From: the human T2T-CHM13v2.0 reference genome, Homo sapiens
NCBI RefSeq assembly: GCF_009914755.1
Contig: NC_060935.1
Reading direction: 5' to 3' (one strand)
DNA: 64,000 nt
The notes beneath the pieces were generated by a model that saw only the letters and a list, made by a program, of their open reading frames with translations, was not told where the DNA came from and searched no databases. The stretch's first letter is position 1; every line of letters starts with the position of its first letter. Below are positions 1 to 13,700 of the stretch, piece by piece. Both the position numbers and the translations under genes were made by a program.

Positions 1-63
1 TCCAACATTGGGAATCACATTTCAACATGAGATTTGGAGAGGACAAACATCCAAACCATATCA
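1..63 (-). mobile_element. MaLR LTR end (MST/THE1-type), cut by window edge
   Basis: 'tttcaacatgagatttgg...ccaaaccatatca' is the reverse complement of the MST/THE1 start TGATATGGTTTGG. Confidence 0.75.
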
Positions 64-625
64 CCCTATATCCAAAACTATAGCACCAAAGTCAACAAGC
101 CACTAAAAGAACAAAGGTCTTGCCATTTAATGTGACCTGCCCTCTTTAGAGGTATATGTGAATATATACGTAGCAAAATAATTTCTGTGGGCATATTTAA
201 TAAACGGCACGCCTCCTTGGATGCAGCACTCTGAAATTCTACTTTGACACATTTCACATCACCAGTCTTGAGGCTATTGAAGCTACCCCTCCCTCCTTGC
301 AGTGTCCAGACACTGCCATTTAAGTCTCCAATATTTATATATGATATATTCCTCATTCCTCATTCAAAGGATACAAGAGTCTCAATTAATTTCAATTCAA
401 CATTTATAGTGTCGGGTACTATAAAGGAAGAGGCAGGAAATGTTAAGCAAAATCTTTGCTCTCAAAGAACTTGCTTTCTAACAAAAGAGACAAGCAAATA
501 CCCAAATGGACGGGAAATGATTTGCTTTCATTTCCATGTGCCAGTTACTACAGTCTAGTATCTTTGCTAGACACAGTACTGAAGTCTGTCTTACGTCTTT
601 CCTTACTGGTCCCTGTGATTCATTT

Positions 626-666
626 TGTGTGTGTGTCTCTCTCTCTCGCTCTCTCTCTCTCTGTCT
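626..666. repeat. Compound (TG)n(TC)n microsatellite
   Basis: tgtgtgtgtgtctctctctctcgctctctctctct seen directly. Confidence 0.85.
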
Positions 667-1104
667 CCCAACATGAGAGTAGCTACGTTGAGGCCATCTG
701 AAATAAAAGACTCGAGTGGGAAAATAACATCCTAATTTGGTATTTGCTTAATTCCCTTTGTTTATTGAAGAAATCTTTATGTGCCTTATAGTATTAACTT
801 TCTCACCCATATCTTATTTTGTTGCACAGAACAGATACTCTTCCATGGACCTCTGGACTGCTATAAAGGCAAAAAATAAACTTCTATCTGTGTTGAACCA
901 TTAGATGCATGAATCCTTTTGTTACCATAATCTAGCCTACACAAACTAATTTTAAAATTGATCGTAATACAAGACAGAATGAAGTAAATGCTCGGCAGAG
1001 GTTTAGGTCATGTGCTTAGAAGACCACAGATGAAGATATTACATTTTCTACACTTCATATCTGATATTCATTATCTAGCATATCAGAATTTATCCTCACA
1101 ATAA

Positions 1105-1473
<369 letters not shown>

Positions 1474-3729
1474 TGAGGTTCAGAAAAGCTAAGGAACTTT
1501 CACAACACAAAGCTAACTATTGGTGGAAATGGGATATAAATTTAAGTGCCATTTTAAAACCCAGAATCTTTTCACTACACCATATTACCTCTTATAGCAC
1601 ACCGTATAGTGGAGGTCAAAGATGATTTGACAGGGAACTGCTATATGAATGGGGCCTGGCATAAGTAGACTTGGTGTCCCACAGACTAAGATGTCCCACA
1701 GACACCCACACTTTCATGCAAATTAAGCTTTGCATGAGTGACCCCAAGTTATATCATGATGGCTACAAATATGGTAACAAAACTCATTTAATTCATAAAG
1801 TCACTTTCAGGAGAGCTAATTAATATTCTTGCTTTTAGCAAGAATGAAGTGAATGCCAGGTAGAGCTTTAGGTCATTCTTTGAACAAGAATATTGATTCT
1901 TCCTCTTCTTCTAATTGCACAAGTTATTGAGATAATGGGTCCATCCACCATCTGTCTGGGTAAATAAAAACTGCCAAAAACCAGGGACTGAAGCTCTTAA
2001 CAGAGTGAGGAAGCTCTAGTATCAGCAGTTGGCTTGAGCCTTCTCACATAGAACATGCCAATTAAAGAGGCTAATTAGGCTTCAGTTAGATCGCAGTGGG
2101 ATTTATTAAAGGAAAATCTCATAAAACATTTTATCCTAGAACATGTATTTGTATAATCCAGAAGAGTGATTTAATTAGGGAATTAAAAGCCCATTGAAGT
2201 ATATTCCAGAATGGAATTGTTTCTCTGAAAACTACATGGAGATCACAGTCCTGGGGCAACAATAAAGACATACTAAGCATCCTCTGTCCTACTTTTTAAT
2301 GGGCAGATGGCTGCAATGATTCATTTATTAATCATTCTAGCCCAGGCACAGAGCAACTTTTATTGGGTCTTTCTGCCATGATTAAGCCATATTGATAAAT
2401 ATAGATCTCAATTTATCCTCCCAGTGTTGCAAAACTATATCATTGGGGACTGAATCCCCTAACATAATCCATGTTCAAGGTCAGCCTTGCACTAGAGTTC
2501 TGTGTATCCCCTTCCAGATAGTGAGAGAAGCACAAGGTCTGCCACATAATATTAACACCAACTCAGTGTCTGGTATATTGTGTGATAACCCAGAGTTTAC
2601 AACTGCTCCACCCTTCTGGTTCTTTGCATGAATCTTGCATTGTCCTAAGCTTCAAATCCTGTTTGTGAGTGAGGATGGGGTCACAGTGACCGTCAAAATC
2701 CAAATTCGACACTTTCTCTCTTCCATCTATATATGCAAACTCAATTCCTGCAAAGTAACTGCAGAGTCTTTCTAAGAATCCCCAGAACATATCTCACCTG
2801 TGCTCAGGAACAAAGCCGGGCAACTAGCATGTGAGGTCCACAGCCTCTCTCCTCTTCCCACCCACTTCTTTCTTTCCAAGGAACATAGACCCAGAACCAG
2901 TGGGAACTACATGAGGAGACAAACTGAAAGAGAAGACACTACCAAGTCCTCCTTGCTGGGTCAAGTTTATTCAGCTTGGCGTCTTTTTCCCTAGGGATAG
3001 AAGCTTTTTAGGAGGTTCCTCAGACCCCCTGAGCAAACAGACTTCTGTTGAGTGAGACCCTCTATGTTAGCAGATAGCTGTGCCTCCTCAGACTAGTTTA
3101 GGCTGCTGTTCCTCGGGCTGGAAGTTCATCACAGCATTATTTGTGGAGACAGGGAGTTGGAGGCAATCTGGGTGTCCACTGGGTAAAACATAGTAGGTGT
3201 CTACCTTGGAGCAGAGCAGTCAGATGTAGTAGATAAGATGAGCACAGAACAACTCAAATGGGTCTCTAAAATACAGTGATGAGTGGCGGAAAGAATGGAT
3301 GAAACAAGATATATAACACAGGACCACTTATGTGAATAAAAATACACATACACAAAACAATATGCATTTTACAAGAGTACATACCAAGAAGATACATATT
3401 AAACACACACGGTGGGGTGGAGAATGAGGAATGAAAATGGAATTAACAAATGAATGAACAGATGAATATATGTATACATATATAAAAGAAAAGAGATTTG
3501 CAGAGACCAGTGATGATGATGTACCTTCAACTGAAGAATATGATTACTTCAACCCTCTGCACTGAAGTTCCAACCTAAAAAAAGAAAAGAAGGTTTTGTG
3601 AATGGAGCATTTGAAGGAGAATGTAAGAGTGGCCAGATGGGTAAGGTGGACAGGTTATAGCATTTGATTTTTCCCAAGGGCAAGGTAGTTTAATACACTG
3701 AAGCAAGGCTGAATCCTGTGTCAATGCTG

Positions 3730-3890
3730 GGGTTTGCAGACTCTGAGTTCATCTGAATCACCTGGAGGGCTTGTTAGAAGACAAATTGCTGGGTCCACTG
3801 TCATAATTTCTATGTTAGATCTGGGGCAGGCTCCAAAATTTGCATTTTTATCAAATTCCTTGGTGATACTGATGCTGCCGGTCAGGGATT
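3730..3890 (-). mobile_element. MER5A (hAT-Charlie MITE)
   Basis: 'gaatcacctggagggcttgtt...tttgcatttt...ggtgatactgatgctgccggtc' matches recalled MER5A. Confidence 0.8.
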
Positions 3891-4359
3891 CTAAAGGCTT
3901 CTATTAGTCTTAGACCGGCAAAACTACTCACTTAGTGGGAACTCTCCTCATAGAGTGGGGGCTTCTCTGAATCATAAATTAGGAAAAGCAAGGGAGGTGG
4001 TAAGCTTCCTTTGTAATCTTTGAGTATTTTCTCTTCCTATCGTAATTTGCTTTAAAAGATGTACAAACATCCAGGGTGGGCCCCACCGCAGATTGCATTG
4101 GATTTAAGTAAATAAGTGTTTCTATATCCTCAAAAATAAGTAAAAACGGAAGAGTGAAAGAAATACAAAATATCTCTTTGTTATAGCAGAATTTCAGAAT
4201 CTCTATATAATGATCAGAACACAGAGCAAGAACGACGAAGAGCAAACAGCTTAAAGATGAAACAGGCTAATTTTGTTTTAACCAAGCCTGGTACTGGCAA
4301 ATCAGTGAGAGAGGAACTCTTCATCAAAGTAGCCCTCGATATCAAATAATACCAATAAC

Positions 4360-4590
4360 AACAACATCATTGACTACGTGCCTGCTATGCACCAGTCACT
4401 GCGAAGTGCTTTGCATGGATTTAGTCCACCAATAAGGGAGATATCCTTAATACCCCTCTTTTTCAGATGAGGAAGCTGCAACTTATAGAGGTTAAGCATC
4501 TTGTCCAAGCCCACACAGCTGATAAATGAAGGAGTCAGGTTTTGAACATAAGAAATCTGAGCCCACACCCAGTGCTGTCTGAATCACGCT
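4360..4590 (-). mobile_element. MIR SINE
   Basis: Core 'tttcagatgaggaagctg...gttaagcatcttgtccaagcccacacagct'. Confidence 0.8.
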
Positions 4591-5033
4591 GTCTGATATA
4601 ATTACCAGATTCCATTCTCAGCACCTTTGAAACAATACATTCGCACTCTCAAAGGCCATCGATGCGAAATTCCTTATTTTCCCTTGTGAGTGCCTCAGGT
4701 CTAAGATCTAACATCTTCTCAAGGGATAAAGAGAACACAAAATTATGGCTTCTTACCAAAATATATTTTCCCAGCTCTATCAGTCACAGTCTTAGCCAAA
4801 AACTGATGACATGCTCCAAGGGAGAAACCAAAGAGAGTTTCACAAAAAAAATACTACTTGCAGATGTGTGGACGGAGGTAAGGGAGCCACTGAGGGATGG
4901 TGAAGACCCAGCGCCTAGAAACAGCAAGACGCCTTTACCACGCCCAGGCATGAGGAAGACAGGCAAGAAGCAGTGTTAGAGACCCTGGACGGAGCTGGAA
5001 CCGCTAAGCTACCAAACAGGAAACGCAGCCTGC

Positions 5034-5656
5034 TGCAGGCAGAATTCCTGAGAATGTCCCCAGGAGTCCAAACCCTGTCCCCACCCTTTGAGTGTGATGA
5101 GGAATCCTTCCGTCATTGTGTTATGTTATATCTCACTAATGGCCTTTATCAATAAGGGAGATTATCCAAGTACATCACTCAAATCACACGAGCACTTAAA
5201 AGCAAATAACATTCTCCAGCTGGTAACAGAAGAGGAAAGTGGGAGGAGATGACAGAAAGATTCAAATTGTGAGACAGACTTGATGTGACGTTTCTGGTCC
5301 ATTGAAGATAAAGAGAGGGCCATGTGGGAAGGAATAGAGGCAGCTTCCAGGAGCAGTGTGGAGCTTCCTTGCAGGTGACAGCCAGCCAAGAAATGCAAAT
5401 CTCAGTCCGACAACCACAAGAACTGCATTCCTCCAGCCTGAATGAACTTGGAAGTAGATCCTCACCTCCACGTGAGCCTCCAGATAAGAACCAGCTCTAC
5501 AAACACCTTGATTTCAGGCCTCTGAGGCCCAGAGCAGAGAAGCCAGCTGAGCCCACCAGGGCTTCTAACCTACAGAACTGCGAACTAATAAATGAGTGTT
5601 GTTTTAGGCCACTAAACGTGGTGATTTGTTAGGCAGCAATAAAACACCATTGTACA
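5034..5656 (+). mobile_element. MLT1 (MLT1E-like) MaLR LTR
   Basis: 'caggcagaattc' start and typical 3' end 'ctacagaactg...aataaatgagtgttgttttaggccactaa...gtgatttgtt...gcagcaata'. Confidence 0.8.
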
Positions 5657-5849
5657 GCCAAAGAGGACACAGCTATTGCCAGAATTAGAAGCCAGTGCCG
5701 GGGAGGCAGGGAAATGGGCAAATCAAACTGTTTTCTCCTGCCCTCCATCCTCCTGCCAAGGCCGCCCATTGATCAGGCCACTGAAGTTAGTCTCCCGAGA
5801 AACTTCAGCCTCACTGCGAGCCATGGGTATGTTCCAGTCCCAAGAGCAA

Positions 5850-7922
5850 ACCTGGATTTTGTGAACATGAAGTTTACACAGTTTTAGGGGTGAGCTCAAG
5901 AAATGACTAAAAAAGAGCACAAAATTAATTACAAAACTAAATACTAGTTTAAAATGAAAAAAGTAATAAATTATAAAATCTATCAGGTACCAAACATCCC
6001 AAAATTCAAAATACTGAAAAGTAAATACAATCACGTGTCACTTAACACAGGGATACATTTTGAGAAATGTGTCTTTAGGTGATTTTGTCATTCTGCAAAC
6101 ATAGAGTGTGCTACATAAACCTAGTTGGTATATACTACTACATTCCTACGCCATATTGTCCAACCTTTTGCCCCTAGGCTACAAATCTGTACAACATGTT
6201 ACTATACTGAACACTGTAGGCAATTGTAACACCATGGCATTTGTATATCTAAACATAGAAAAGTACAGTAAAAATACGATATTATAATCTTACGGGACCA
6301 CTGTCCTAGATGCAGTCTGACACTAACTGAAATGCTATGCAGTGCACAATTGTATTTTTATTAATTGCTTTTTCTCCTGGACTTTTGACTATGTTGCCTG
6401 TAACTGTCCCTTCATATGATGACAATGGCTGTATAACATTTTCAATAGAGAGAATATAAAATTGTCTTACCTTTAGCATGAGTGATTGATTTTTTAAATT
6501 ATTCGTCTTTCCTCTAGCATGGGTGATTAATAGTTTAAGAAAGTGTTTCTCACCTTCACAATTTGTAATTGGCTGTGCCATATAAATTTTTAGAATTGTT
6601 GTTATATGTGGGAAGAGGTCTATCAATTCTTTCATATTTGAACTGTAAGATTTCACTGTATTTCAAATTTTCTTATGTAGTGGCTAGTCTTAAATCATTC
6701 TTGAGTTGATTACACTCATTAACCAGTTTGTTGTTGATGTTCTTGCCATAGTGGCGTATTGTGAGCTTTATGGGTCTGAATTTTACACCAAATCAGCAAG
6801 AAATTGAAATCATTTCTGATGTGTGCATATGATTTACTCCTCTTCAGTAAATGGATTACCAAGTAATCCAAGAGCCTACTAACTATTTCTATTTGCAATT
6901 TATCTTTTCCTCTAATGAATTACTGTGCTGGGTACTATCTGAAGAATTTTTTGTTACAACTCACTTCTTAAAGTCAGATCTTTTCTTATTTTTATCTCTT
7001 ATTAATTGTTTTTCTTTAATATTCCATTACTTTTATCTGAATTTTCTCTCTGTTCTTTAATAGCTAAATTTAAAGTGTCAAAGAAGGTCCAAATCAAAAA
7101 TCCATAATTTCTCCTTTTTCTATTAAGACATTCCAGAATATCTTTTGGAAATTCAATTTAAATGCTGTATTCAAGCTTTATCAACTAAGCTAGTCCCATG
7201 AAAAAAGGAGATAAAATATAAAGTATATTTAAAATTGTATATGGTTTTAAAAATTACCAAGTGTGTCCTGACAGGAATGAAATTCAATTTTGACAAAGCA
7301 TCAATAAGAACTAAATTCTCTGCTTACAATTTTACACATCAGAATGGATTAGAAGAAATTTCTATAGACTAGTTTCTGACTCCATACATTTCAAGCCTTG
7401 TTTCTCCCCTCTGCTCACATTTTCCCTGAACCAGGCACCCTGAACAGACTCTATTATAGTACAACCTCTGACCTTGCATCGTGTTTTCACAGCTGCACAG
7501 TGGGCAGAGTACTATCCCTGGAAACCATTCTTATACCAGAACAGCTAGCAATAACTCTGCATGAAAGAGACAGAAAACCACGACAATGCAACAACTACAC
7601 TCAGACTAAATGTATCCCCATTCAACTTCCCTGAGCTGGGTCCCCAAAATGTCCATGCTTCCCCAACGCCATCCAACACAGAGTAAAATGTGATGGAGCG
7701 GAAGTTGACAAGGAAAGAGGCAGCACACCTAACCAATTGCATGCAGTTGAAAATATCTTACTTTTGCAAATTTCACAAAACATAACCATGAGAACACATT
7801 GCCAGGGGACCCCCCCCCCCACCCACTTCCTCACATGCACACCTTGGACCTTGGAAAGGGCCTACGCAAATGAAGATCCCTGAAGCTAGAGCTTCATTGG
7901 CTTCACGGTAAATCTGTCTCTG
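5850..7922 (-). mobile_element. hAT-Tip100 (Zaphod/MER115-like) DNA transposon fossil with transposase remnant
   Basis: Terminus 'gcttcattggcttcacggtaaatctgtctctg' at ~7891-7922; ORF 6306-6656(-) contains FPHITTILKIYMAQPITNCEGEKHFLKL, resembling the hAT C-terminal dimerisation motif. Confidence 0.65.
6028..6352 (-). mobile_element. Tigger3a/MER7A (TcMar-Tigger MITE) nested in the hAT fossil
   Basis: 'cctaggctacaaatctgtacaacatgttact...attataatcttacgggacca'; TA dinucleotides flank both ends. Confidence 0.85.
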
Positions 7923-7954
7923 ATTTTCATAGTTAACTTGACTAACAACAACTA

Positions 7955-8640
7955 TATTCGTTAAGGTAACCCTAAATGGTATAACAAACAAACAAACACA
8001 AAGATGCATAATAGCTCAAAGACACTTAGAGGTTTACTTCTTGCTATGGAAAGTCCAAAAGAGGTGTTCTTCATGGACAGGTAGCTCTCCTCCAAGTGGT
8101 GACTTGAAGACCCAGATTCATTGCATCTTGTGATTCCATCTTCAACACATGAATCCCAAAACTGCCATGCTCATCTGCATCACACCACAAAAGGACAAAT
8201 GACTTGGAGATTTCTATGTAGAGAGTTCTATGGACCAGACTCACAAGTGATGTGTATCACTTCCGCTCACATTCCATCACCTAAGACTCAGTCACAGGCC
8301 GGGCATGGTAATCTCAGCACTTTGGGAGGCAGAGGCGGGAGGATCACTTGAGGTCAGGAGTTTGAGACCAGCCTGGCCAACGCGGTGAAACCCTGTCTCT
8401 ACTAAAAATACAAAAATTAGCCAGGCATGGTTGGGGGTGCCTCTAATCCCAGCTACTCAGGAGGCTGAAGCAGGAGAATCGCTGGAAGCTGGGAGATGGA
8501 GGTTGTAGTGAGCCGAGATCATGGCACTGCACGCCAGCCTGGGCGACAAGAGTGAGACTCCATCTCAAACCAAAAAAAAAAGACTCAGTCACATGGACAC
8601 AACTAACTGCAAGCCAGGAGCTGAGAAAGGAAACCAAGGC
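7955..8640 (-). mobile_element. Old MLT1 (K/L-like) LTR split by an Alu
   Basis: 'tcacttccgctcacattcca...actcagtcacatgg...ctaactgcaag' continues across the Alu. Confidence 0.65.
8297..8579 (+). mobile_element. AluS (Sq/Sx-like)
   Basis: Dimeric Alu with A tail; 14-bp TSD aagactcagtcaca at 8283-8296 and 8580-8593; short deletion near the 5' end. Confidence 0.95.
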
Positions 8641-10329
8641 TTTGTAGCAGCTCAAGTCTGTAGAGGTTCCCAGTTTTCCTCCAACATCACTCTGAAGTCC
8701 AGGGTTACAAGCAGGGACAGTGGACACTTACATCAATCCTTTTCTATGGTTGCCCGGGCAGGCACAAATTTAGGAGAGGAAAAAAATAAAATCCCTTTCC
8801 ATTATCTCTGTTCCAGTGAAGTTACTGGCAAAAGCCAGCGTCGTTTGTATGTGCAACCACTAGATGGCTCTTTAGGCCTTTGGATTCCCCAAGTTTTTGT
8901 TCTGAGATGCTTTTCAGCCAAGCAGTTTGAAAGGATTCTCCAGTCATCTGAGCAGAGTTATAAATGGCCCTATTCTTCCTAGCCTCACCCCAAGAATGGA
9001 CCTGGGCCTGCCTCCACCTCGGGAGGATTGGCAACCAAGATAAAAGAGAAGTCAGTGCTGTTAAGCAGAGCATGGGGAAGTCCGTTGGAAGCAGAGACAC
9101 TGAGCCCAGAAGGCTTGGCCAGAGGCGCAGCTCTGCTCAGAAAGCTCAGTGGAATGTGGCCTCACAGTACCTGTTTTATTGTCTGTTAAATAGAAAATAC
9201 ACTGCTACTTTAATTTAATACAGGTGTCCTGCTTTTCCAAGTGCCTTTACAAACACCGTCTACTTTTGTCCCCATAACATCCCAGTCAGGCCAGCATTAG
9301 GCATTATGGGTCCCACTTTGCAGATGGTGAAACTAAGGGACTAAAATGTCAAATAACTTGCCCAATGAGGTCACGAGGCAAGTTATCCTTTTCATGGTTT
9401 CGTGCTTTGCATTTTGTAAAACACTGCCAATGCTTTGGCTTCCTCATTTCTCACAACAGCATATGAAAGCAAGACAAGCATTGCCATCACTATCTTCATT
9501 CTATAGAGGGGGAAAAATGCTAAAATCTAGTGAGGTTGAAGCAATCTGTTCATCTTGGCAGCATTCATGCTATAACTCTCCTTTCCAGATCTCCCTGTTA
9601 AAATTAGATTTTCAGGCTTAACACCAATTACTTTTCTGGAACAAAAGGGCCAATTCTCTCCACTTATGGTCACATACAAAGTATAAATATTTAAATTCTT
9701 TTTAAATTTAGAAAAGACTTCTTTTATCTCTTCTATAGTTTCTTTAAACATGAAACCATAATTTTCGCCAATGTCAAGATTAGCTCTGTCTTTTGCATGC
9801 TTTCGTTGTGCATTTTGTCAACTACGTGAATAAAGAGAACAGAAACATAAAGGCATTGACGGAGACTGAGGAGCAAGCAGGTAAGAGAATGTGTGGCCAG
9901 TCCTTGGCGCCTCTGTGAGAAGCATCTGGACAGAGCAGTGGCTTCCAACTGTGCTCACCCCAGGCCCAGCTGCATCAGTCACATCTGTGAGTCTGGGGAA
10001 GAACTGGGCTGTTTTTCAAGTCCTCCTCTTGTCCCAGGAGATTCAGAATCACAGGCAGCACTGAGGACAATTCTGTTCTCCAAAATAAGATCCAGCACTA
10101 GAAGTCCACGGTTTGCTCTTCTGTTTGAAACTTGCCTCTTAGCCAAAGGAAGATGAAAATCTCAGAGGAAATATCAAAGTGACCTAAAAGTCAGCTACAA
10201 GTATTAAACACAGTCAAATACAGTTAAATAAATAACAGGACTTGGATCTTCCTCAGACTCCAGATGAAATGGAAATAAATTCATAGCTAAAGGGGAGATT
10301 TTATTCTCCAACCATTGGATTTTCAGATC

Positions 10330-10750
10330 CTACTGACATTTACTAAGGCCTTGCATTTGGCAAATGCTATGCTGGAGGCTGTTTATATTTCAGTTCATCT
10401 TCACAACCACCATGTGGAAACATCACATGTCTCCATTCTAGAGATGAGAACGAACACTGATACTCAGAAATGATGATGTGACTGTCCTATCCAGCACTAG
10501 TGAGCATCAGCATTGGTTACATCCAGGTCTTAGAAATAACAGTATCTACCAGTACCTGGGAACCTGCTATATGCCTGGCCCTCAGCAGTAGCTACCTACC
10601 TGATTTCTAATTCTCACACTAACCCTGAAAAGCAGGGAATATTGTTATTCCCACTTTCCAGATGAGAAAACTGATGCTTAGAAAGGTTCGGTAAGTCTAC
10701 AAAATGGCATCAGTAAGAAAAGGCAGAGTGAAATTTAAACCGGTTCAGTC
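10330..10750 (-). mobile_element. Two adjacent MIR fragments
   Basis: 'ccattctagagatgagaa' and 'cccactttccagatgagaaaactgatgcttagaaaggtt' MIR cores. Confidence 0.65.
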
Positions 10751-13700
10751 TAGGCCGGTGACCACTGCAGTGTGCCAATTCCAGGTCCAAGGCGGCTCTT
10801 GTAGCTGCTGCTGTTGTGTTGTTGTTTCACCACCTTTTACTGTCATTCAACTTGCTCTCAGCAGTTGGTGTGTAACCTGTAGAAACCTGTAGGAACAAAG
10901 GTAAGGTCCTCCCAGCTGAACGGTGGCCCTGCTCAGAGAAAGGATAATAAAGTCATGCTGCAGCGCTTCCTGTTTCCTCATGCCATTATATGGACAAGAT
11001 TGGCTTTTCTTACGATGTTCTGGCAGCAACCCATGACCCAGACCTGTGCCAATGTGATTCAGATACCGTCCAAGTTCTGGGCTACTCTTCAAATATGTCC
11101 TGAGTTCCTCTGGGCCACTTTATCCCCTGCCATGTACTGAAATCCTGTTGCTATGGGCAAAATTGATTAAGAGATCAGATTCTGAGCAGCACTCTGCATC
11201 CAGATCTTGGGGGCCCTGGAACTCGCATAGCACAAAGCTGACCACCCACCACTGGGCCCTCGGAGGGAGGCCCGCTCCCCTCCAGGAGAAGAACCAGACA
11301 CTCCAAACACGCTGGGAAGATGCACCATTCCTGCCAGGCTGCTGCGAGTCCTTTGTGTGGGGTATTGTTTCGTCTTCTGGGGTAAAGGCTCACTCTGCCA
11401 TTGCTCCTTTACAAACCAGCTCATATGAAGGGGCCAGTTAGTCACGGATTCCGGGTCATTGTGGAGGGGTAGGATGTTTTCAATGGCAGTGGTTCCAGTA
11501 CCTTTTAAATCCTGAGATGAAAATCCCAGGGCACCCAGAGCTCTTCCTCATTGGATGCAAAAGAGGGACCAGGAAGTTCAAGGCTCTTTTTCAGCTCTCT
11601 CCTGAGGCTTCTTATTCAACGAGGGTCTTTGTATAATGCTGGGGGCTTTACATATGACATCTAACACAGCCACAACCCTGTGCCATATCATTATTGCCAT
11701 CTGACAGGAGAGGAAGTTAAAGCTCTGGTTTAGGGCATGTAGCTAAAAGGGAAAAGCAGCAATTAACAGTAAGCTCTGTCTAACTCCAATGACGCCAAAG
11801 ATACTCCCAACCTGCAAACCTCTTTTCCAATGTAGCCAGGACCCACCAACAGCAGCCACTACTAGACAGTAGGGAGCTCTTGTTTAGTAAGAAAATTTGC
11901 CAGCTAGAATCACATAGGCAGGAACAGGAAATAAATTGTGAACACTGACAGGGCCTCCCTTAGAATCAAGGAGCCCCATAGTCAAGGGAAAGGATTTAAA
12001 AGAAAAAAACTGATGACCCAAGTATATCGCAGAAAAAGAAGAGGCGTGCTGATGGTGCTGGGTCCCAGAGGCACAGGTGCCAAAACCAGCCCTGACCCAG
12101 TGCTCCTAGGGCCTAGCCCCAAAGGAGGAGATCATCTTCCCACAATGCACATGGGGCCTCTGCAGCAAATGGGACTGCTGGCACCACCAAGTCTGTTCTG
12201 GGTAGGACCAGTTTTCAGTGGTGACTCAGGGCCACCACCAGCTTTATAGTGTCTTTGTGCAAATTTGTTTTCAAAAAGCCTTCCCCTTCCTTGGATGCAC
12301 GGCTTGGTGACACTAGAGTAAGCATGAGCTGGACTTCAGTTTCCACTCATCTCCTTGGCCATGCTCGCTCGCACAGTGATGATCTGTACAATCCTCTGGT
12401 GCATGACAAACAATGATAGTAGCAGATTTAGCGACCCCAGTCCTAGACTCACTTGAAGAACAAAGCCAGCCTGAGTCCCCTGTTTTGACTTATCTGGTGG
12501 ACTGGATAAACCTCCAGGGTTATGGCACACCCTGGGGAGAGGGGAAGACTGTAGGGAGAGATACTAAGGCTCTATACAAAAAAGGCAGGTAGGTGCTTGA
12601 GCCGTTGTGTGAACGTAAGAGAAACCTAGTCATTGCTGCCCCCAAATTGTTGAGTTGTTTGCACAAGTTATACTACCTCTCCTTTTCCAAGTCCCTGCTC
12701 ACTGCATGCTATTCTCATTTGCATGCCATCTGTATAGGTAGATCCTAAGGTCTTTCCTGGTCAGGAGTAAACTGATTATGTTTCTCACTGAATGTTAGCA
12801 AGAGGACTTACAGTTTATAAACTGTAATCTCTTCTGAATTTGGACAGTGTGAGTCAATCCTCAAGCATTGGATCTGTTTTGTGGCACTGACTAAATAAAT
12901 GCCAGATGGAAAATGGGCTTTAACCTAGGCATATGGTAGTAAATAGAACTGAATTCATGCTCTGAAGGCAAGAGTGCCCTGTTGAATTAACAATGTCTGG
13001 CATGACTACAGGAGTAAGGAGTAGTTCCTGCCATACATTTGCCAACCCTGGACCACATCAGATTTCTGCAAATGCCTATTAGTCCTTTCCCCATAGCACA
13101 TATGCCCAGTCTCTTGTACTTTTATCACACACCATGTCCATTTCCTTGCCCATCTTTCCAATCATGATATCCCCAGCACTTAGCACCATACCTGCCCTAA
13201 GTGGGTGGCTTAATAAAAAAGTGTGAAATGAAAGAAAGATAACATCACTCATTGGAGCACCTCACAGAGTTATGAGCTTCTCCTTGTTCCCCTAGGACCT
13301 CATTTATGCCCTGGGTCCAGCACCTATCACACAGTGCTATAATTATATGTTGGTTGTCTCTCTGTCCCACAAAGTTAGGTACCACTCGAAGTTAGGACCT
13401 GTATTATGTTCATCTCTGCATATTCACACCTATGCATGATGGGCACAAAAGAGAAGCTCTATAAAGTTGTTTGAATAAACAATTAAATTAATGTTTTATA
13501 AATGAATCCCCTCACCCAGGCAGTTTCCCTCACCAGAAATGTCTCCTCTGTCCAAGCTGTTCACCAAATTCTATGCATTCTTCCAGTCCTGCTCCCACCA
13601 GAGAATGCATTCTGACTTTGCATGTCATAAACCAGCAGCCTTGGCCACACAAGCTTGATGGAAATGGCATGTGAGCACATAAATTATTTAGTTTTGTTGA

